Shown: piece by piece, positions 1-6,597 of the stretch
Layout: each line of letters begins with the position of its first letter
How positions within the stretch are numbered: position 1 is the stretch's first letter
NCBI GenBank assembly: GCA_037443365.1
Contig: JBBIOM010000043.1
Span: 1-13,447, forward strand
From: Armatimonadota bacterium
Lineage (GTDB): Bacteria; Sysuimicrobiota; Sysuimicrobiia; Sysuimicrobiales; Humicultoraceae
DNA length: 13,447 nt
Direction: 5' to 3'
Program-made: the position numbers and the translations under genes
Notes under the pieces: model-generated
Databases searched by the model: none
What the model saw: only the letters and a program-made list of their open reading frames with translations
What the model was told of the DNA's origin: nothing

Positions 1-16
1 CGGCGGGCGGCTCTTC

Positions 17-970
17 CTAAGGAGAGACCGAAGCCCTGCCCCCGCCCGCGGCCTTGCTCTGGTAGAGGAGCGCGTCCACCCGCTTCAGGAGCGACTCGGG
101 GGTGTCGTCCGGGCGGGTCATCGTGGCGCCGGTCGAGATCGCCAGCGCGACCTGAGCGTTCCCGGTCCGAGCGTTCTCGGCCCGCAGGCCGGCGGCCCTT
201 ACCAGGGCGGTCAGCTTCTGCGCGACCCGCGGCAGGGCGCGCGCGTCGAGCCCGGGCAGGAGCACCAGGAACTCGTCCCCGCCCCACCGACAGACGAGGT
301 CGGTCTCGCGGATGGCGAGCCGGATCGTGTCGGCCACTATCTTGAGGGCCTGGTCGCCGATCGGGTGGCCCCAGGCGTCGTTGATGGCCTTGAGGTCATC
401 CACGTCAACCATCAAGACGCCGGTGTCCACGCCCAGCCCCCAGGACTCCGAGAGCGCCGATATCACGCGCGACTCGCCCAGATGCCTGTTGCCCACGCCC
501 GTGAGGGGATCCTGCAGGGCGGCCCGCTCCAGGTCGGAGGCGCGCCTCTGGGCAACAAGCGTCCTGGAGTTGTCACTGAACGTCTCGACCGCTCCGGTGA
601 TCCTGTTGTCGCCATCGCGCAGGGCGACGGTGCGCACGTGCACGGGCACCCTGTGTCCGCTGGCGTGCTTCAGGTAGATTGAGGCCTCGCGGGGCTCTCC
701 ATCGGTCAGGGTCTTGGCCAGCGGGCAGTCGGCCTCGCACAGGTTGTCGCCCGCATCATTGGTGTGGTTCAGGATGTCATCCGAGCACCGCGTTCCGATG
801 ATCCGATCACCCGGGAACCCGGTGACGCGCTCGGCGCCCGGGTTCCAGTAGACTATTCTTCTCTCGGTGTCCGTGACGTAAACGCCATCGTGCACGTGAT
901 CGAGCACCGTCTTCCAGAACCCATCGGTCTGGCTCGTGCGTCGTGCGCCGCCAGTTCTCCTCGCTGCCAT
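17..970 (-). CDS. PAS-domain sensor diguanylate cyclase (PAS-GGDEF), 317 aa
   Basis: N-terminal PAS (DGVYVTDTERRIVYWNPGAERVTGF...GAVETFSD). GGDEF domain motifs DPLTGVGNR, DVDDLKAINDAWGHPIGD, intact GGDEF (269-283) and RxxD I-site RETD (299-310). SD-like GAAAGGA upstream of the ATG. Confidence 0.95.
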   Translation of the reverse strand: MAARRTGGARRTSQTDGFWKTVLDHVHDGVYVTDTERRIVYWNPGAERVTGFPGDRIIGTRCSDDILNHTNDAGDNLCEADCPLAKTLTDGEPREASIYLKHASGHRVPVHVRTVALRDGDNRITGAVETFSDNSRTLVAQRRASDLERAALQDPLTGVGNRHLGESRVISALSESWGLGVDTGVLMVDVDDLKAINDAWGHPIGDQALKIVADTIRLAIRETDLVCRWGGDEFLVLLPGLDARALPRVAQKLTALVRAAGLRAENARTGNAQVALAISTGATMTRPDDTPESLLKRVDALLYQSKAAGGGRASVSP

Positions 971-1001
971 GTCGCCAGCGTCCTTTCCCCGTGAGGGTGC
1001 T

Positions 1002-1325
1002 CTAGCCGCTTTGCCTGCCTGATCTGCGCGACCTGCCGCCGCGGTTCTCCCATGGCCGGAACCCGGTTTCGTACATCGCCTTCGACAGCATGTGCGCGCC
1101 CACCGGGGCGGTGAGCAGCACGAAGAGCAGCGTGACGATCTCCCGGCCGTCGGTGCCGTGCGCCAGGATCGCCGAGGTCAGCACCAGCGCCAGCCCCAGC
1201 GTGGCCGCCTTCGTGGCCGCGTGCAGGCGCGCAAAGGCGTCGCCGAAACGGTGCAGCCCCAGCGCGGCGATCAGCGCGAGACTCGATCCCGCCAGCAGCA
1301 GTACGGCGATCGCGGCGTCACGCAA
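1002..1325 (-). CDS. mrpG: Mrp/Mnh cation:H+ antiporter subunit G, 107 aa
   Basis: RLHAATKAATLG and LTAPVGAHML motifs; three hydrophobic segments; TTG start with GGGAGG 7 nt upstream; overlaps the mrpF stop; last position in the mrp gene order. Confidence 0.93.
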   Translation of the reverse strand: MRDAAIAVLLLAGSSLALIAALGLHRFGDAFARLHAATKAATLGLALVLTSAILAHGTDGREIVTLLFVLLTAPVGAHMLSKAMYETGFRPWENRGGRSRRSGRQSG

Positions 1326-1581
1326 TGGGAGGCCTCCCGCGCACGTAGCGCGCCGCGGCCACGGTCCCTATGAAGCCCAGTATGGCCACGACAGCGGCGA
1401 CGTCCGCGTAGAGCCGCGTCCCGGCGCGCATGCCCAGCACGGTCACCAGGATGATCAGGATCGTGGCGATCGTGTCTCCGGCCACCACGCGGTCGCCCAG
1501 GTGCGGCCCGCGTATCATGCGCAGCAGGCACAGCGCCATGGCGATGACGAGCATGGCCAGCGCGACGGTCACGGCCGTCAT
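1318..1581 (-). CDS. mrpF: Mrp antiporter subunit F, 87 aa
   Basis: RMIRGPHLGDRVVAGD and LGFIGTVAAARY motifs; ATGA overlap with mrpE at 1578-1581. Confidence 0.93.
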   Translation of the reverse strand: MTAVTVALAMLVIAMALCLLRMIRGPHLGDRVVAGDTIATILIILVTVLGMRAGTRLYADVAAVVAILGFIGTVAAARYVRGRPPIA

Positions 1582-1946
1582 TCCAGCAACCCCCGGATGG
1601 GACGCTCCAGCGTGCGCTTGATCTCATCCACGGTGGCCGCCGGATCGTCCAGGGCCAGGACGTGCACGAGCAGGTGCGACCGATCCGCCGCGACGTCCAC
1701 GGTCATCGTGCCCGGTATGAGCGTGATCGAGTGCGCCAGCATGGTGATGCCCGCGTCGGTCTTGAGGTCAAGCGGCACCTGCACGATGCCCGAGTGGATC
1801 GCAAGGCGCGGCCGCAGCACCACGAGGGCGGCGACCGCGATATTCGCCATTACGTTCTGATAGATGAACGTGACCAGCCAGGTGATCCCCCACCTGATCC
1901 GTCGCAGCGGTGCCAGTTCGCGCCTGCTCACCGCCTCTGTCCCCAC
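1578..1946 (-). CDS. mrpE: Mrp antiporter subunit E (short form), 122 aa
   Basis: ANIAVAALVV, LAHSITLIPGTMTVDV, LLVHVL and IKRTLE motifs typical of MnhE; lies between mrpD and mrpF; GTG start approximate. Confidence 0.9.
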   Translation of the reverse strand: MGTEAVSRRELAPLRRIRWGITWLVTFIYQNVMANIAVAALVVLRPRLAIHSGIVQVPLDLKTDAGITMLAHSITLIPGTMTVDVAADRSHLLVHVLALDDPAATVDEIKRTLERPIRGLLE

Positions 1947-1970
1947 GTGACCGCCACTCCCCCTGGGCTG

Positions 1971-3431
1971 CTACTTCTTGAGAATCGCGGCCACATACCT
2001 GGCCGGTTGGGTCAGGTGCTCGGCCGCGGTCGAGGTGAGCGAGTACAGGACCTGCGCCCGCAGCCCGACGGCGATCGTGATGAGGGCAAGCGCGGCAGCA
2101 GGCACGACCAACCGAGCCGGCGCGCGCCGCGGCTCCCCCGGTCCCCAGAAGGCGGTCGCGTAGATCTTCAGCATGGACATCAGCGTCAGGATGCTGACGA
2201 TGACGCTTACGGCCACCACGCCGTACTCGCGCGCCTCCAGCCCGGCGCGTATGAGCAGCAGCTTGGCGAAGAAGCCGGAGAACGGCGGGACCCCTGCCAG
2301 CGACAGCGCGCACACCACGAAGACCAGCGCGAGTGTGCCGTTCGTGCGGGCCAGGCCTCCGAGCCGATCCAGCCGGTCCGTGCGCTGCGTCTCCTCGATG
2401 GCGCCGCCGACCAGGAGCAGGCCGGACTTCACGACGATGTGGTGCAGGACATAGAAGATTCCGCCGGCGATCCCTAGCTGGCTGGCCAGCGCCAGGCCCA
2501 TGATCATGTACCCCACCTGGCTGATGATGTGGAACGAGAGGATCCGCCGTATGCTGTCCTGGGCCAGGGCGCCCAGGACTCCGAACAGCATCGTGGCCGA
2601 CGCCGACCACAGCAGCAGCGGGTCCGGCCCGCTGCTTGGGAAGACGATCGTGAACACCCGGAACAGCGAGTAGACGCCCACCTTGGTGAGCATCCCGCCG
2701 AAGAACGCCGCCAGGCCTCCGGGCGGTATGGCATAGGCGTGGGGCAGCCAGAAGTAGAAGGGGAAGATCGCCGCCTTGGTTCCGAAGGCCACCAGCAGCA
2801 TCATGGCGCCGGCGCGCACGGTGGCGGCGGGCGCCAGCGGCACCCGCTCCACCAGGTGGGCCATGTTCAGCGTGCCTGTGGCCGAATAGATGAGCGCGAC
2901 CCCGAAAAGGAAGAACATCGAGGCCACAAGGTTGATCGCGACGTAGCCGAACGCCTCGCGGGCCTGCCGCTGTGTGGTGCCGTGCGTCAGCAGGAAGTAG
3001 GACGAGATCAGCATGACCTCGTAGGCCACGTACAGGTTGAACAGGTCGCCGGTCAGAAAGGCCCAGTTGATGCCGCTGAGAAGGAACTGCCAGCCGGCGT
3101 GCACGAAGCGATCGTCGCGGCCCGCCGCGATCGTGAAGGCGAGCCCCACCAGGCCGATCAGCGACGCGATCAGCACCATCAGCGCACCCAGCATGTCGGC
3201 CACCAGGGTGATGCCGTAGGGCGCGGCCCACCCCCCTGCCTGTATGGGCATCACCTCCCCGCCGCGGGTGAGCAGAACCAGCGCGATGCTGGCCGCCAGC
3301 GTCGCGATGCCCCCGGCTATCCCAAGGGTGCGCTGCGCACGGCGCGATTGCCAGACGATCAGCAGTATCGCCGCCAGCATCGGCACGATGATCGGGAGTA
3401 CGGGCAGCGCCGCGATCAAACTAGCGGTCAT
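1971..3431 (-). CDS. mrpD: Mrp antiporter subunit D, 486 aa
   Basis: FLTGDLFNLYVAYEVMLISSY, KAAIFPFYFWLP, LTKVGVY, HHIVVK and GVPPFSGFFAK motifs of the NuoM/N-like antiporter fold. Confidence 0.96.
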   Translation of the reverse strand: MTASLIAALPVLPIIVPMLAAILLIVWQSRRAQRTLGIAGGIATLAASIALVLLTRGGEVMPIQAGGWAAPYGITLVADMLGALMVLIASLIGLVGLAFTIAAGRDDRFVHAGWQFLLSGINWAFLTGDLFNLYVAYEVMLISSYFLLTHGTTQRQAREAFGYVAINLVASMFFLFGVALIYSATGTLNMAHLVERVPLAPAATVRAGAMMLLVAFGTKAAIFPFYFWLPHAYAIPPGGLAAFFGGMLTKVGVYSLFRVFTIVFPSSGPDPLLLWSASATMLFGVLGALAQDSIRRILSFHIISQVGYMIMGLALASQLGIAGGIFYVLHHIVVKSGLLLVGGAIEETQRTDRLDRLGGLARTNGTLALVFVVCALSLAGVPPFSGFFAKLLLIRAGLEAREYGVVAVSVIVSILTLMSMLKIYATAFWGPGEPRRAPARLVVPAAALALITIAVGLRAQVLYSLTSTAAEHLTQPARYVAAILKK

Positions 3432-3741
3432 CGCCCTTCTCCCCGCCGCCGAAGAGGTGCATCCGGTATCCCAGCGCCAGTAGGAACGCGGTCACGCCGA
3501 ACGAAATCACGATCGCCGTCAGGATGAGGGCCTGAGGCAGCGGGTCGGTCATGGGACCCCGTCCGGCGCCGATCACCGGCACCCCGCCGCGCAGCCCGGC
3601 CGAAAGCAGGATGGTAATGTGAGCCGCGTGGGAGAGCAGGGAGAGGCCGATGATCTGGCGCAGCAGCGACCTCCCAAGGAGCAGGAAGAACCCCGTGGCC
3701 ACCAGGACGCCGACCAGCAGCGCAACCAGAGGCGCCATCAT
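3421..3741 (-). CDS. mrpC: Mrp antiporter subunit C, 106 aa (start corrected from the ORF track's 3954; 3738 is an alternative ATG)
   Basis: DPLPQALILTAIVISFGVTAF signature; ATG at 3741 forms an ATGA overlap with the mrpA stop; 3' end overlaps mrpD by 11 nt. Confidence 0.94.
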   Translation of the reverse strand: MMAPLVALLVGVLVATGFFLLLGRSLLRQIIGLSLLSHAAHITILLSAGLRGGVPVIGAGRGPMTDPLPQALILTAIVISFGVTAFLLALGYRMHLFGGGEKGDDR

Positions 3742-6488
3742 TCCCCCCCCGCGGCTTCCACCAGCGAGCGCATCGCCGCGAGCACCGCGCCCGTCACCAG
3801 CAGCATCACCCCGAGGTCGAAGAACAGCGAAGAGGGCAGCCGGTGCCCCGCGACCACGAGCAGCGTGTGCTGCAGCAGCGGCTTTCCCGCCACAAGGGGG
3901 ATGGCGGAAGAACCGGCGGCCAGCGCCAGCCCGGCGGCCATCAGGATGTCCCAACGTCGCGCCAGCAGGGCGGCGCCGAATGCCTCCGAGCGCAGAACGA
4001 CCGCGGCGGAGATCATCAGGCCGGCCACAAACCCGCCGCCCGGTCCGTAGTGGCCGGTCGCCAGCAGGAGTAGCGCGTAGGCCACGATCACCGGGGAGAC
4101 GGCGCGCGCGATCGTCCGCAGGATCAGCGTGGTGAACGGCCCGCCCTCCCGCGCCTCACCCCGCTTCCGGCGCTCCGCGCCCGACCCGGCACGACGCCAC
4201 GGCGCCAGGGAGACGATCCCGAGCGCGGCGATGGCCAGCACGCTGATCTCGCCCATCGTGTCCCATCCGCGGAAGTCCACGATGATCAGGTTCACGAGGT
4301 TCTTGCCGCCGGCCTGGGCGGCGTGCGTGAAGAACTCACCCGAGATGCGCTGAAGGGCGGAGGGGGCGGCCACCATCGCCGCCATCACGGCGCCGGCCCC
4401 GCCCGCGGCGGTCGCCGCCAGCCAGTCCGTTGCCGGGCGTGCAGGGGGATGTGCGAGGTCGCTCTTGCCGAGCGCCGATATCGCCACGAGGAACAGCACG
4501 AGCGACACCGTCTCGATCACCGCCTGAGTGATGGCGATGTCCGGCGCGCTGAGCAGCAGGTAGATCAGGCTGACAGAGTACCCCGCAGCCCCCAGCGCCA
4601 GCACCGCCCCCAGCAGCAGCCGCATGCGCACGGCGGCCACCGCCGCGGTCATCGCGACGAGCACGGTGATGGTCGGCCCCAATTCCATCTCGCCCGGCAG
4701 GAGACTCGCCGCGATCCCGGTCCGGGCGAACCCGAAGGCCACAAGCGCGACGGCCGTTCCCGTGATGTAGATGAGGTAGTCGCGCAATCGGCCGGTGAGG
4801 TACAGCCCTGTCAGGACCTTGGCCCCGCCGAGCGTGGCGGCATACGCGCGGTCATATAGCCGCCCGGCGCTCATCCACCGCAGGCGCGTCTCCAGCTGGG
4901 CTGCCAGGGGATGCAGCCTGAAGAGCAGCCATCCACCGCCCACGGCGGTGGTCAATGCCACCACCGCGACAAGCGTCGGACCGTGCCAGAGCGCCACACG
5001 CTGCGGCGCCCCGGTGATCGCCGCCGCCGCGAGGCCTGCCAGGCGCTCTACCGCGCCGGGGGCCAGCCCGAAGGCAAGCGCCACGACCGCCAGGACGCCG
5101 GCCGGCGCGTACAGCAGCGCCGGGGGCTCGTGCACGCTCTCCGGCGGCGGAGGCGCGTCTGCGCGGGCCTTTGCGCGACGCGGCTGCGGAGGGCCCCCCA
5201 GGAAGATCCACATGTACCGTGCCCCATACGCCAGCGAGAGCGCTCCCGAGAGGATCACCGCGCCGGTCGCGGCCCAGGGGCCGTGCAGGAAGGCTTCCAC
5301 CGCCGCTTCCTTGCTGAGGAACCCTCCGAAGGGAGGCAGCCCGGCCATCGAGAACGCGGCCAGCGCCGCGACGCCGAACGTGAGCGGCATCCCCCGGCGC
5401 AGTCCTCCCAGGCGGTCAATCACGCGCGTGCCGGTCTCGTGCTCGACGGCGCCCGCGACCAGGAAGAGCGCCCCCTTGAACGCGGCGTGGTTGAGCACGA
5501 AGACCATGGCCGCCCCCACCGCTGCGGGTGTGCCCCATCCCAGCAGCGCGGTGGCCAGCCCCAGCGCGCCCACGGTGGAGTAGGCGAGCAGGCCCTTCAG
5601 GTCGGTAGCCACCAGCGCAAGTGACCCGCCCACGAGCAGCGTCGCCAGGCCGGCGGGCGTGACCGCGGCCACCCACAGGGCCGTGCCGCCGAGTACGGGC
5701 AGCAGGCGCGCCAGCAGGTACACCCCGGCCCATACCATCGTGGCGGCGTGCAGGTAGGTCGAGACCGGCGTGGGAGCCACCATCGCCGAGGGCAGCCAGA
5801 ACTGGAACGGCACCTGCGCGGACTTGGTGAATGCTCCGGTCAGCACGAGCGCCAGGATGACCGGGTAGGCGGGATCCGCCTTGATCGCTGCGGCCCTGGT
5901 CAGCAGCGCGCTTATCTGCCAGGTTCCTCCGGCCTGCGCCAGCATCACCAGGCCGACCAGCAGCGCCACGCCGCCGGCCACGGTGACGACGAGCGCCGTG
6001 GTTGCGCCGGCGCGCGCGTCGGGGTCCTCGTTCCTGTATCCGATCAGGAAGAACGAGGCCAGGCTGGTCAGCTCCCAGAAGACGTAGAGGACGACGAGGT
6101 CATCCGCGAGCACTACCCCGAGCATCGCGCCCATGAAGATCAGCATGTGGGCGTAGAACCGGCCCAGCTCCTGGCCCGCGTGCATGTACGCGACCGAGTA
6201 GACGAAGACCAGCACCCCGACGGCCAGGATCAGCCCTGCGAAGAGCAGCGCCAGGCCGTCCAGCGCCAGCGCGTACCGCAGTCCTACATCAGGGAACCAG
6301 TCCAGCGACAGCCGAGGCGTCTGCCCGCTCCACGTTGGCGCCGCGAGCGCGGCGAGCGCCGCCAGCAGGCCTGCTGTGACCGCGGCGCTGATCCAGCCCG
6401 GATGGGCCCGGAGCCGGTTGGCAATCGGGCCGGCAAGCGGGGCTGCCAGGATGGCGATCAGTGGGAGAGCGCCGAGCAGGAAGGGCAC
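3738..6488 (-). CDS. mrpA: Mrp antiporter subunit A fused to B (group-2 MrpA'), 916 aa
   Basis: FWELTSLASFFLIG, TKSAQVPFQFWLPSAMVAPTPVS, DLKGLLAYST, GFLSKE, APDIAITQ, NLVNLIIVDFRGWDTMGE, and the C-terminal MrpB motif GHYGPGGGFVAGL. No separate mrpB gene in the operon. Confidence 0.96.
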   Translation of the reverse strand: MPFLLGALPLIAILAAPLAGPIANRLRAHPGWISAAVTAGLLAALAALAAPTWSGQTPRLSLDWFPDVGLRYALALDGLALLFAGLILAVGVLVFVYSVAYMHAGQELGRFYAHMLIFMGAMLGVVLADDLVVLYVFWELTSLASFFLIGYRNEDPDARAGATTALVVTVAGGVALLVGLVMLAQAGGTWQISALLTRAAAIKADPAYPVILALVLTGAFTKSAQVPFQFWLPSAMVAPTPVSTYLHAATMVWAGVYLLARLLPVLGGTALWVAAVTPAGLATLLVGGSLALVATDLKGLLAYSTVGALGLATALLGWGTPAAVGAAMVFVLNHAAFKGALFLVAGAVEHETGTRVIDRLGGLRRGMPLTFGVAALAAFSMAGLPPFGGFLSKEAAVEAFLHGPWAATGAVILSGALSLAYGARYMWIFLGGPPQPRRAKARADAPPPPESVHEPPALLYAPAGVLAVVALAFGLAPGAVERLAGLAAAAITGAPQRVALWHGPTLVAVVALTTAVGGGWLLFRLHPLAAQLETRLRWMSAGRLYDRAYAATLGGAKVLTGLYLTGRLRDYLIYITGTAVALVAFGFARTGIAASLLPGEMELGPTITVLVAMTAAVAAVRMRLLLGAVLALGAAGYSVSLIYLLLSAPDIAITQAVIETVSLVLFLVAISALGKSDLAHPPARPATDWLAATAAGGAGAVMAAMVAAPSALQRISGEFFTHAAQAGGKNLVNLIIVDFRGWDTMGEISVLAIAALGIVSLAPWRRAGSGAERRKRGEAREGGPFTTLILRTIARAVSPVIVAYALLLLATGHYGPGGGFVAGLMISAAVVLRSEAFGAALLARRWDILMAAGLALAAGSSAIPLVAGKPLLQHTLLVVAGHRLPSSLFFDLGVMLLVTGAVLAAMRSLVEAAGGE

Positions 6489-6535
6489 CTGGCGCCTACC
6501 GAATCCAAGATACCTTGAATCTCGTTCTTACCTGG

Positions 6536-6568
6536 ACCACGCGACTTAAGGTACAAGAGCCGCGTGGT
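6536..6568. repeat. Inverted repeat in the divergent intergenic region (possible operator)
   Basis: ACCACGCG (6536-6543) and CGCGTGGT (6561-6568) are perfect 8-bp arms 17 nt apart; they extend to 11 bp with one mismatch. Confidence 0.6.
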
Positions 6569-6576
6569 GCGGTCAA
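6548..6576 (-). promoter_or_regulatory. Candidate sigma70-type promoter of the mrp operon
   Basis: Minus strand reads TTGACC (6576-6571), 17-nt spacer, TACCTT (6553-6548): 5/6 match at -35 and TAnnnT at -10, ending 59 nt upstream of the mrpA GTG. Confidence 0.6.
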
Positions 6577-6597
6577 GCCGACAGAAAGGGGTTCGCC

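Noticed and set aside
1768-3231. 487-aa alternative-frame ORF inside mrpD, and similar ORFs across the mrp genes
   Set aside because: Shadow frames of well-supported genes with biased Arg/Gly/Pro composition.
3742-3954. ORF-track N-terminal extension of mrpC (also extensions of mscL 10264-10401 and the surface protein 10224-10250)
   Set aside because: Family N-termini, SD positions and the stop/start overlap support the shorter starts.
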